From Rhodosorus marinus CCMP1338 (taxonomy: Eukaryota; Plantae; Rhodophyta), in assembly GCA_029953675.1 (NCBI GenBank), contig JAMWBK010000012.1:310001-374000 (forward strand): 64,000 bases of DNA. The letters are read 5' to 3'. The notes under the pieces are model-generated. The model was given only the letters and a program-made list of their open reading frames with translations, did no database searches and was not told where the DNA came from. A program made the translations under genes and the position numbers. Within the stretch, counting starts at the first letter, position 1; each line of letters begins with the position of its first letter. Of this stretch, positions 47,355 to 58,427 are shown piece after piece.

Positions 47355-49325
47355 GTGTTCAGCAGCGTCTCGCGGGCGCATGCTTTGGAGGTGATTCGCA
47401 GGGTATTCCCGGAGGCGTGGCCGTTTCTATCCGGTATTTACGTGGGGGGGAGCCTCCCTTACTTGACAATGCAGGGCTGTGTTTTTGCAGCACGTACTGG
47501 CGTTCAACAGGGTGATCATTGTGGGCCGGTACTTCACGCATGTGCCTTGCAACTCGTGCTCCAGCGACTGGCGGCTGAGGTGCCGGAGCTCCGCATCTGT
47601 GCCTACCATGGCGAAGTGACGTTGCTGGGCACTCCTGAGCACTTGGCTCGGAGACTGACCCAGATCGAACGAATGGTTTAATCGGAGGCTGAAAAAAAAA
47701 CCCCGAGGGGAAAAAAAGACTAAGCGCGGCGAAGTACTCGCGCCTCCAACATCAAAGCGGCATTCATGCGCCACAGCAGGAAACTTAAGCGGGTAAACAA
47801 CGATTGAAGACGGTCAGGGCGTTCGCGGAACAACTCCCGAAGCCAGCGAGAACCAACAGAGTCCATGAACCCAAAGCACTCAATGATCAGGGGTACCAAG
47901 CGATGTGCTAGTGCCGAAGCACGAACACCAGGGGAAGACAAAGCCCCGCGTATTTGATCTCTTTGCGGCGTCTCATGCTGGCGGCGGCAGATCCACGGCG
48001 CCCCCCCGCAGCCGGGAGATAACGACTAGCTTGAGGGTTAGGAACAGCAAGATCAACGTATGTGGTACGGCGGCTGTCGTCACAGGTGATCACCAGGTCG
48101 GCTACACGGCGTTCATCATTTTGAAAGTCCGCGACGGGTAAAGGTTTCTCACGTTCGATTTCCAGACCGGCTTGCCGGACTATAGGCCGAAGTTCCCGGT
48201 ATAACAGGTTCAAGATCCGTGTGTGGCGGCGGGTTCGAGCACCTTTCACCGCCGGGCAACTAGCGAGCAGGTGGGCGCCAAAATCTGCGTTGTCTTCAGT
48301 CTGAGAGCAGAGAGGGCACGACGAACCCATCTCGTACGGCCCAGATCGAAGCAATCGCACGTGGAGTAGATCTAACCGTGGTTTGCCACAGGCTCCGTGG
48401 CACTCTAATCGGCCGTCTTTCTGTCAGGGATGTGAGAGCCGGATTGACGCTTGTGGCTACCACTTCCTGGGTTCCTGCGGACTGTTGAGAGGTCTCCGTG
48501 AAAGGCGTCACACTCGCCTCAAGTACATCCTCAGCGAATTTTTGACTCGGATAGGGCATCCGGTTGAGGTTGAGTCCCAACTGCCTAGATCAATCTCGGA
48601 CTCTGCACCGCCCCGTTGTATAGCCGATCTCCTCGTCTCCGACGCTGCTGCCAGACGCTCAACATATGTGGACCTTGCGATTACCTGCCCCGTGGCCAAC
48701 GCCCACCTCACCGCAGCCGCCCGCCGCCGGGGGCCCGCGGCTTCAGCCCTTCGAAGAGTTAAGGAACGACGGTATGCTGAGAGCATGGCCAGTCTGCCTT
48801 GCGCTGAGGGTCGCTCTCACCGGTTCCAGCCATTCATTGTGGAAAGCTTTGGTCACGTGGATAAGTCGGGTTTAGAGTGGCTGCGGAAATGTTTTGCTGA
48901 GCATCCTACTGAATATTTGGCGGTCTTGAGGCGTTTAAGTGTCTCCCTTTGGCGATATTCCAGCGACATGCTTTCGGAGGCGCGCGATCGGCGCCTGGGG
49001 TTGCATGCTTCCCTCCCTAGTTATTAGTTCATCTTCACGCCTTGCGTAGCGCTTCAGGCTATGCTAGTAAAGTCCAGTAAAGTCAAGTCCAGTCCAGTTG
49101 AATACTTGGAACTTTGGCGGCGCTTAAGTGTCTCTCTCTGGCCATATTCGAGCAGCATGCTTGCCGAGGCGCGGCATCGGCGCCTGTAATTGCACGCTTC
49201 CTTGCCTAGTTTTTAGTTCCTTTTCACGGTTTGCGTAGTGCTGTAGGCTATGCTAATGAAGCCAATAAAGCCGATAAAGCCAAGCCATTGAAGCCCAGTA
49301 AATCCAGTAAAACGCAGTAAAGCGC
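47355..49325 (+). mobile_element. Family B RT fragment (47355-47669, 48340-48380) followed by B1 3' part (48381-49100) and a B2 end (49100-49325)
   Basis: ORFs 47202-47681 (GVQQGDHCGP, AYHGE) and 48383-49027; tails present. Confidence 0.88.
47670..48339 (-). mobile_element. Family A 3' fragment inserted in family B RT
   Basis: TSD CCCAGATCGAA at 47659-47669 and 48340-48350. Confidence 0.92.
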
Positions 49326-49845
49326 AGTAAAGCAAGATCAACGTACGTCGTACCGTGGCTATCGTCACAGGTGACCACGAGGTCAGCCAAGCGGCGTTCA
49401 TGATTTTCTTTTGGTAGTCTGCAACAGGCAGGGGCTTCTCACGTTCAATTTCAAGATCAGTTTGCCGTACGATAGGCCGAAATTCGGGGAATAGCAGGTT
49501 CAATATCCACGTATGTCGTTGGGTTCGGGCACTTTTCACGGCGGGGCGGCTGTGGAGCAGGTGGATGCCAAAATCCGCGGTGTCTTCGCTCTGAGAGCAT
49601 AGAGGGCACGGCGAACCCATCTCGGAAGGCCAGGGCAGCTGATCGAAGCCGAGGTATAAGGGCAGAAAAGTGCGCGCCTCGAATTCGGTGAGTGTGAGTG
49701 GCGGAAAAGCAGGGGGCGGTCATGAGCCGCTGGGAGCTAATACACCCCCCAAGACAACGCGGGCCCGACCTCGGGAAGATGATACCATCTGCGCGAGAAG
49801 TCAGCCATAGCACTTTGTAAGTCCAAGAAAGGGTGTTTTGCAACG
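49325..49845 (-). mobile_element. Old family A internal fragment
   Basis: ORF 49213-49620 (CPLCSQSEDTADFGIHLL, LEIEREKPLPVADY). Confidence 0.8.
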
Positions 49846-49861
49846 CGCCCGTTCCACAATG

Positions 49862-50480
49862 GAACGAATGGTTTAATCGGAGGCTGAAAAAAAACCCCGA
49901 GGGGAAAAAAAGACTAAGTGCGGCGAAGAACTCGCGCCTCCAACATCAAAGCGGCATTCATGCGCCACAGCAGGAAACTTAAGCGGGTAAACAACGATTG
50001 AAGACGGTCAGGGCGTTCGCGGAACAACTCCCGAAGCCAGCGAGAACCAACAGAGTCCATGAACCCAAAGCACTCAATGATCAGGGGTACCAAGCAATGT
50101 GCTAGTGCCGAAGCACGAACACCAGGGGAAGACAAAGCCCCCGCGTATTTGATCTCTTTGCGGCGTCTCATGCTGGCGGCGGCAGATCCACGGCGCTCCC
50201 CCGCAGCCGGGAGATAACGACTAGCTTGAGGGTTAGGAACAGCAAGATCAACGTATGTGGTACGGCGGTTGTCATCACAGGTGATCACCAGGTCGCACAC
50301 TGAAGGTTGGAACATGTGAGAACGGCCCTCCGCCCAGGCGGCCTGGCCACGCGCTCGGCATACCGTCGTTCCTTCAGTCGGCGAAGTGCAGGCGCTGATG
50401 CCCCCTTCCGGTGGACAGCGGCAGAGGGGAGATATGTACATGAAACAGGGGATGTGACAGCGAGGTCTACAAAGACCCCT
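49862..50480 (-). mobile_element. Family A 3' fragment (49862-50295) fused at its 5' end to a diverged family B-like RLE segment
   Basis: ORFs 49914-50441 and 50285-50659 (FVDLAVTSP..LRRLKERRY). Confidence 0.85.
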
Positions 50481-50998
50481 GTTGTTTGCAGTAATGAGGC
50501 ACGCCCGGATATTCTGTGGTGCTGCTCGGGAACTGGCGATACTTCTTCATGATTACGGATCTGATGATTGACAGAGGGCAAGGGGGCGCTGAGATGTTTA
50601 CGAGGTACTACAGATACATTTGATACGAGTTGGCTACGCTGCTCAACTGTAACCATCAACGGACACTGCTGTTGTCAGTGCGTCCCTTCCGCAGAAGCAT
50701 AGAGTTCTACAACGCTGGGCAGACTGGAGGAGTAGCTCCGATGGGCAATGCAAAAAGGTGCTACGTGAGGAACGGACAAACATGAAGCTGAGACGCTATT
50801 TCCAGAGTTTTCAATTTCGCTGATAATGTCGCCTTGGAAACTTCGGAACCTGCGGCGGTTGCTACTTGTTCCTGCCATTGATGGCCCTCCCGTATACTCT
50901 GGAAGCGTCCCTGATTTGCTTATTCAGGACTTTTATCCTTCCTTAGTATCTAGACTTAAATCTGGTTTCCCAAGTGGCCCGCATTTATTTCTTTAACT

Positions 50999-51572
50999 GG
51001 ACTTTACTGGACTTTACTAGCATAGCCTGAAGCGCTACGCAAGGCGTGAAGATGAACTAATAACTAGGGAGGGAAGCATGCAACCCCAGGCGCCGATCGC
51101 GCGCCTCGGAAAGCATGTCGCTGGAATATCGCCAAAGGGAGACACTTAAACGCCTCAAGACCGCCAAATATTCAGTAGGATGCTCAGCAAAACATTTCCG
51201 CAACCACTCTAAACCCGACTTATCCACGTGACCAAAGCTTTCCACAATGAATGGCTGGAACCGGTGAGAGCGACCCTCAGCGCAAGGCAGACTGGCCATG
51301 CTCTCAGCATACCGTCGTTCCTTAACTCTTCGAAGGGCTGAAGCCGCGGCGGGCGGCTGCGGTGAGGTGGGCGCTGGCCACGGGGCAGGTTATCGCAAGG
51401 TCCACATATGTTGAGCGTCTGGCAGCAGCGTCGGAGACGAGGAGATCGGCTATACAACGGGGCGGTGCAGAGTCCGAGATGGATCTGGGCAGTTCCGACT
51501 CAACCTCAACCGTATGCCCTATCCGAGTCAAAAATTCGCTGAGGATGTACTTGAGGCGAGTGTGACGCCTCG
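50999..51572 (-). mobile_element. Family B (B1) 3' fragment
   Basis: TSD TTTCTTTAACT at 50988-50998 and 51573-51583. Confidence 0.92.
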
Positions 51573-51768
51573 TTTCTTTAACTCACGGAGGTCAAAGTCA
51601 CTGCTGTAGCGCTAAGGTCCGCTGAGAACATAGGGAATAGAGGAGAGAATGCCCTCGACGGTGCAGGAGAGTACGCTTTCTAGGCAACTCCATGGACTGG
51701 GTCGTAGTGCCTCGCTAACGCTTCTCATTGAGAAAATTTATCGCTCGCACCCATTCTTATCCTTGTGG

Positions 51769-53323
51769 TCATGGTGTCGGTTTTACGATACATTCACAAC
51801 CATTACCATCGGCGCCTACCATACCAAGACTCGATGGTATCTGCTTCAACACAAGTAGGTTCAATGGGGGACATGAATTTTCATCAGTTCTCGAGGGCGA
51901 CTGTGGGAGGAAGACCACTGAGGTCCACTATTACTCGGAGACAACGAACGCGCGGCGTGAAAAGCAACTTACGAATCCCGGGGCACAATTATCACACCCA
52001 TTATAACACGCACACGAGCCGTTTGTAGTCCTGAAAGCCGTCTACAAGTATGGAAAAAATGGAGTACACAGAGACTCATCATCAGCGATTTGAAATCTGG
52101 AGTACGGAAAACGGGTTCTACAAGAAAACTGTTGATGTTCCCTTTCACCGCGTACCATTGTAGATAAGGGACAACCTCCCTCTACGGTGTTGGGAGTGGC
52201 GGGGGCAGCTTCAATACAGTTGCTGGTGGAGAAGCTGAAGCAGGCGTCGTTCGGGCAGTGAAAAACACAATCACAGTTTCCATATTCATTTGCTTCGATG
52301 GTCTTGCAAGTACATACGACAGTAAACAATTCCCGTTAGGTCCTTTCTCTTAACCAGATCACCCCGTTGGTTGGGGTTTCACTTGTAAGGACACACAAGC
52401 ATACCGTGATTTCCATAGGGAAAGGACACCGCCCATACGTTGAGGGTTCGATGCAGGTAGAGGTGGTTTGATCAATGCACTGAGTTTCCGGGCACGTAGA
52501 GCATTCACACGCGCCTGACACGGAGTTCGCCACAGCAACCTAGGCGGGATATGAGCACAGCGGGTTACGAGTCAGAAGCTGGCTCTGCTTGCTTACGGTT
52601 CGTCAGCGCGAGAGCAAGAAGAAATGTATTTAAACAAACCTCACGAACTGGGCAGCTTTCCCGTGTTGCGTCCTTGAGGCTTATGCAACCCCCTTCCTCT
52701 CCCCTGCAAAAGCCTGTGTCGCACGGCTCTTCACATGAGTTTTCAAGGGTGCAGACATATCGGAAGGGCTTCTTCACATCCGCCACCTCGCACCGCTGAT
52801 TCGTTAATTCGGACGGCGTTAGATAGGCTCGTACAGTCTTTGGTCCTTTTGCATCAGAAACTCTCATTACTGCGAACGCGAAAAATTCAAGTAAACCACA
52901 GCACAGTCCCTCACGAATCAAGATCCGGTCCGGACAAATGTCTATGGCCCTCCGCAGAACGGGCGGTTCAGTGGTAAGCACAGCAACTTTCTTCCTCCTC
53001 GTGAACCTCTCCTTGCCGGTAGGTAGGATCTCTCCAATGGTGAACAACCCCCCCCTGAGTTTCAGGAGACTGACGCCATCCCCCGAAGCGGTAAATGTCG
53101 CTCGAAAGCATTTTCCATCCTTCCTCGGCACAAGAGAAACAACGACGCTCCCGAGCGTAGTGCCAGCTTCGTCTACCAGGTCCGCCCTCAGATCATCAGA
53201 AGTATAGACCTTATCGCTCAACTCGCCAGCGCACGTGCGTACATTCTCTTCGGCTCTTGACATACCCACCAGTGTCAGGCTCAAAAAAACGAGCACGACG
53301 ACTCTCACCATCACTCTCACCAT
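51769..53323 (-). CDS. Secreted Cys-rich modular protein, paralogue 4 (exons 53323-52640, 52539-52405, 52302-52156, 52041-51973, 51900-51769)
   Basis: MVRVMVRVVVLVFLSLTLVGMSRA signal; head domain (CFRATF..LLKLRGGLF..RFTRRK..IC..CCG); phase-0 introns of 100, 102, 114 and 72 bp; modules SGACEC, YGNCDC, NGSCAC. Confidence 0.77.
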
Positions 53324-53654
53324 CTCACCAACAAATCCTTGAATGCACAACTCCGATCCGTGCCTCAATTCAATTCAATCCACACCCTCTATCCCTCGTC
53401 CCGTCCCGATGTCTCTCCACCAACGAAATGCTACGAAGCTCGCAACACTAGCCTCCCCTCCTCCTCACCCCAACCCATCGTGGCCAGCCCCAGTATCTAT
53501 ATACCTGTATACCCGACACCTCTCTGCCACCAGGCAAACTAGCCCAACTTATCCAGTCCCTCGTATTCAATCAGACGTTGTCTCTCGAACGAACGAGCTG
53601 GCCACTCCAGACCGAAAAAATTTCGTTTATTTGTGTTGAACGTGAAACTCCCCA

Positions 53655-53716
53655 ACGGTTTTTTTGGAGGACGATGGGCTTACTAATGTAAGCCCACCGT
53701 CCTCCAAAAAAACCGT
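53655..53716. repeat. 62-bp hairpin, 29-bp arms with one mismatch
   Basis: ACGGTTTTTTTGGAGGACGATGGGCTTAC-TAAT-GTAAGCCCACCGTCCTCCAAAAAAACCGT. Confidence 0.9.
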
Positions 53717-53926
53717 AATATAGGATTGGATAGAATTAGCATGTTATTTGGATAAAATAAAGTGTTTATCTCGAGCTTCTAAAAACAAGGACAAAGGTGG
53801 AAAAATGACTACGAAAAGGCGGATATCGTATTACCTAAAAAGGCTTGGCTTGGTGGCACTTTTGCCCCCCATATAAAACCCGTTGCAAAGTGTTGGAACT
53901 CCACATGTGATCTAGCGCCTTATACT

Positions 53927-53971
53927 GGACTTTACTAGCATAGCCTGAACCTGAAGCGCTACGCAAGGCGT
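53927..53971 (-). mobile_element. 45-bp family B 3' end
   Basis: TSD GCCTTATACT at 53917-53926 and 53972-53981. Confidence 0.85.
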
Positions 53972-54001
53972 GCCTTATACTAGCTCAGACTAGTATAGCC
54001 T

Positions 54002-54147
54002 GAACGAATGGTTTAATCGGAGGCTGAAAAAAAAAACCCCGAGGGGAAAAAAAGACTAAGTGCGGCGAAGTACTCGCGCCTCCAACATCAAAGCGGCATT
54101 CATGCGCCACAGCAGGAAACTTAAGCGGGTAAACAACGATTGAAGAC
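54002..54147 (-). mobile_element. Family A short 3' end
   Basis: 3' UTR plus TTCG tail. Confidence 0.88.
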
Positions 54148-54181
54148 CACCCACATCGAAGCTATGCCCTTACGTACTCCG

Positions 54182-54694
54182 GCAAGCCGGTCTGGAAATC
54201 GAACGTGAGAAACCTTTACCCGTCGCGGACTTTCAAAATGATGAACGCCGTGTAGCCGACCTGGTGATCACCTGTGACGACAGCCGCCGTACCACATACG
54301 TTGATCTCGCTGTTCCTAACCCTCAAGCTAGTCGTTATCTCCCGGCTGCGGGGGGGGCGCCGTGGATCTGCCGCCGCCAGCATGAGACGCCGCAAAGAGA
54401 TCAAATACGCGGGGGCTTTGTCTTCCCCTGGTGTTCGTGCTTCGGCACTAGCACATCGCTTGGTACCCCTGATCATTGAGTGCTTTGGGTTCATGGACTC
54501 TGTTGGTTCTCGCTGGCTTCGGGAGTTGTTCCGCGAACGCCCTGACCGTCTTCAATCGTTGTTTACCCGCTTAAGTTTCCTGCTGTGGCGCATGAATGCC
54601 GCTTTGATGTTGGAGGCGCGAGTACTTCGCCGCGCTTAGTCTTTTTTTCCCCTCGGGGTTTTTTTTTTCAGCCTCCGATTAAAGCATTCGTTCG
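54182..54694 (+). mobile_element. Family A 3' fragment
   Basis: TSD TACGTACTCCG at 54171-54181 and 54695-54705; empty site at about 39115-39130 (minus). Confidence 0.93.
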
Positions 54695-54803
54695 TACGTA
54701 CTCCGCACGTCCGATCGAAACTAACACTCTCTCCCAGTTTTAAAAAAAGAAGAAAAAAAGGGGAATTCTTATTTACGCCACCGAGCGGACACCTCATTCA
54801 TCG

Positions 54804-55522
54804 TACTTCACTGCGCTTATACCTCGGCTTACAGCAGCCCCCTTGGCCGTACGAGATGGGTTCGTCGTGCCCTCTCTGCTCTCAGACTGAAGACAACGCA
54901 GATTTTGGCGCCCACCTGCTCGCTAGTTGCCCGGCGGTGAAAGGTGCTCGAACCCGCCGCCACACACGGATCTTGAACCTGTTATACCGGGAACTTCGGC
55001 CTATAGTCCAGCAAGCCGGTCTGGAAATCGAACGTGAGAAACCTTTACCCGTCGCGGACTTTCAAAATGATGAACGCCGTGTAGCCGACCTGGTGATAAC
55101 CTGTGACGACAGCCGCCGTACCACATACGTTGATCTTGCTGTTCCCAACCCTCAAGCTAGTCGTTATCTCCCGGCTGCGGGGGAGCGCCGTGGATCTGCC
55201 GCCGCCAGCATGAGACGCCGCAAAGAGATCAAATACGCGGGGGCTTTGTCTTCCCCTGGTGTTCGTGCTTCGGCACTAGCACATCGCTTGGTACCCCTGA
55301 TCATTGAGTGCTTTGGGTTCATGGACTCTGTTGGTTCTCGCTGGCTTCGGGAGTTGTTCCGCGAACGCCCTGACCGTCTTCAATCGTTGTTTACCCGCTT
55401 AAGCTTCCTGCTGTGGCGCATGAATGCCGCTTTGATGTTGGAGGCGCGAGTACTTCGCCGCGCTTAGTCTTTTTTTCCCCTCGGGTTTTTTTTTTTTTTC
55501 AGCCTCCGATTAAACGATTCAT
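54804..55522 (+). mobile_element. Family A 3' fragment
   Basis: ORF 54856-55467; TSD TCATTCATCG at 54794-54803 and 55523-55532. Confidence 0.93.
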
Positions 55523-55716
55523 TCATTCATCGATTCGAGTGGGGACTCTGTGTGAAAAAAATCCATTCCTAAAAACTGGTCGCTGGTTCTGAAATCGAAA
55601 GGGGAAAAAATCTTTCCCGTTTGAAAACCCAAGGAAAAAAGTGATATTATTCCACTTCCTATCTAAAACCAAACAAAACATTGAATTTTCACTGCTTTAA
55701 ATAAAATAAGCATATG

Positions 55717-56769
55717 TAACCCCTCCAAGACTACGTAGGCGGGCGCGAGCGCGAGAAGATGAGACCATCTGCGCGAGGAGTCGGCCATATGCAGCACGGT
55801 GCAAGTCCCAAGAAAGGATATTTTGCAGCGCATCCGTGCGTGCTTGAGCTCGGCTCCCAGCGCGCTGGGAATCATCAGGAGGATCAACTGGAACTTCTTC
55901 TTCTGCGGCAACCACTGGGTCAATCTCCCCGAGAACAGGTTCAGGCGCAGGACGAATCCCCGGGGCGGAGCCTCGAGAGCGGTCAAATACCGCTCGCCAG
56001 TCAGGAAGACGGGGTTGAACGGTTTCGGGGAGACTAGTACAGGAATTCAGGGCGGTTTGGAGCTCCAGAAACAAGTCTTGGGCGCTTTCCGGTACGCTGG
56101 GAAGCAAGACACCCCGCGAGAGGCTCGCCATCAAATTGCGGAACTTCGAGATACCCAAGCTGCTCAAAGTGGGAAGTGCGGTTCCCCAGGCCCCTACTGC
56201 GGCGGCGGGTTGGACCACAACACGGTTGCAGAGGCCCAGTCCCCCCAATCGCAATGGGAGGCCTACCTGGGCGCGCACGACATCACAGGTGGGTCGCGAC
56301 AGAGCGCTCAGCTCTTCATCGAGAAAATACCCCAGGTCACGGAAACTTTCAGCATCCGCACGAGTGGCCAACCACCGGCCCCAATGAGTTGGAAGTGAGC
56401 AAAGCCAATAGGTTAACCGCTGACTGCAACAATACCGAAACAGCAACAACGAGCACTGGAGAAAGCCCGGAGGTAGCCGTCGAAGCTCTGCAACCAGCTG
56501 TCTGTGCTTACCGAGGAGCTGCAGCAACTCGCCTTCAACGAAGGACGGCGACCCGACCCGTAGGGGATGCCTAAGTGGACAAAACCATCCGGTCTCCAAA
56601 TATCCTGGAACGACGCAGGTACCTGCTGCTCTTGTGCAGCTACACCTCCCCAGTAGAACGATTTGTGATGATTAACCTCCAAGTCAACCCGCGAATCCAA
56701 GGAGCGGAGACGATCATAAGCGAGCGCTAGAGTATCAGGGGGCCCCAGGAGGCACACGTCGTCGTGGTA
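55717..56769 (-). mobile_element. Family A internal RT-thumb fragment
   Basis: ORFs 55697-56599 and 56413-56781. Confidence 0.9.
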
Positions 56770-57828
56770 AGCGCTACGCAAGGCGTGAAGATGAACTAAT
56801 AACTAGGGAGGGAAGCATGCAACCCCAGGCGCCGATGGCGCGCCTCGGAAAGCATGTCGCTGGAATATCGCCAAATGGAGACACTTAAACGCCTCAAGAC
56901 CGCCAAATATTCAGTAGGATGCTCAGCAAAACATTTCCGCAACCACTCTAAACCCGACTTATCCACGTGACCAAAGCTTTCCACAATGAATGGCTGGAAC
57001 CGGTGAGAGCGACCCTCAGCGCAAGGCAGACTGGCCATGCTCTCAGCATACCGTCGTTCCTTAACTCTTCGAAGGGCTGAAGCCGCGGCCCCCCGGCGGC
57101 GGGCGGCTGCGGTGAGGTGGGCGCTGGCCACGGGGCAGGTAATCGCAAGGTCCACATATGTTGAGCGTCTGGCAGCAGCGTCGGAGACGAGGAGATCGGC
57201 TATACAACGGGGCGGTGCAGAGTCCGAGATGGATCTGGGCAGTTCCGACTCAACCTCAACCGTATGCCCTATCCGAGTCAAAAATTCGCGGAGGATGTAC
57301 TTGAGGCGAGTGTGACGCCTCGTACGGAGACCTCGCAACAGTCCGCAGGAACCCAGGAAGTGGTAGCCACAAGCGTCAATCCGGCTCTCACATCCCTGAC
57401 AGAAAGACGGCCGATTAGAGTGCCACGGAGCCTGTGGCAAACCGAGATAGATCCGTGCGGCAGAACGGAACTGGAAAGCATCGAGACGATGACTCAATGA
57501 CGACGGTAGAGTGGTTAACCACAAGTGCGAGAGGTGGCCTCCCATGCCGCGGAGACGAGCGGCAGTGGTAGGCGGCGTGAGAGGAGAATTGAGCATGACT
57601 GTGTGAGCGGCACTGTGTTGGCCCCAGGTGAGGCTATGTTGAATCACATCAGTGCGGGAGCTCCACAATCGGCTCAAACCCGGGTAGTCTGCAACAGGGG
57701 ACCCGGGGCTAGCCTCTCCGTCATCGGCAAGAACTCGGTCGAGGGGACAATCCTCAATCGCTTCAGCTCGTCCCTATAACAGCTCCCTCCAGGAACGAAA
57801 GCGGGACCGATTTGCGTCCGGCACGGCG
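56770..57828 (-). mobile_element. Family B (B1) 3' portion, tail missing, fused to family A
   Basis: ORF 56796-57677; ends in the loop of the 3' stem-loop. Confidence 0.92.
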
Positions 57829-58427
57829 CTTACAAACACTCCCTGTACAGCTATATTCAACACAGTAAAACCTGCGTAAATCGCTTTATTCTCAGACTAA
57901 CCTGTTTATCGAATATTAATCATCCCATGCATACCCTGCTTCCTCACTTTAAACGATTCGTTCGCTTCCTCACTACGAGGTTCTAGTGCCCACCACCTGC
58001 GCTCATCAATAGACGAGCCAATTTGCAAGCCCGATTACAAAGAGACAAAAATAGAAATGTTTAAATCAAAATCAAAAACAACTCCTTCCAAAGGCCGATC
58101 AACAATAAGTACTATGATTTAATCATATAATTTTTGGGGTTCTAGGAAAGTAATTTAAATATGGAAAGGTTTTTTGTATTCTACGTTTTGATTGGATAAT
58201 ATCAATATGCGTGTTAGGACTAAAATAGTACATCTTATTGAGAGAGGTGGTGCGCAAAGAACTTGTTTGGGTTTGGAGTAAACAAGGAGTTGTGGTTGCA
58301 GTTTGGGTTGGAGGCCCAAGGAGGGATATGGCAGTTTTGGATAGGATTTGAGACATTTGGTGGAACGTTGTCGAGATAAGGTCGGTCTCTTTTTCCGGGG
58401 AAAACTTTTACAACCACTTCGATTCGT

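Noticed and set aside
3913-55532. Strict sequence-specific target for family A
   Set aside because: Verified TSDs (CCTGTC, GACTACAGATTG, TGAAGA, CCCAGATCGAA, TACGTACTCCG, TCATTCATCG) share no long motif; only short tail overlap.
56413-56781. ORF MRSAYHDD.. as a new RT gene
   Set aside because: Chimeric artefact of the B stem-loop fused to the A RT segment.
4675-57779. Recurrent short ORFs such as MRPSARGVGH.., MLSAYRRSLTL.., MWTLRLPAPW.., MAHECRFDVG..
   Set aside because: Alternative-frame or antisense readings of family A/B sequence; they recur only because the elements are near-identical.
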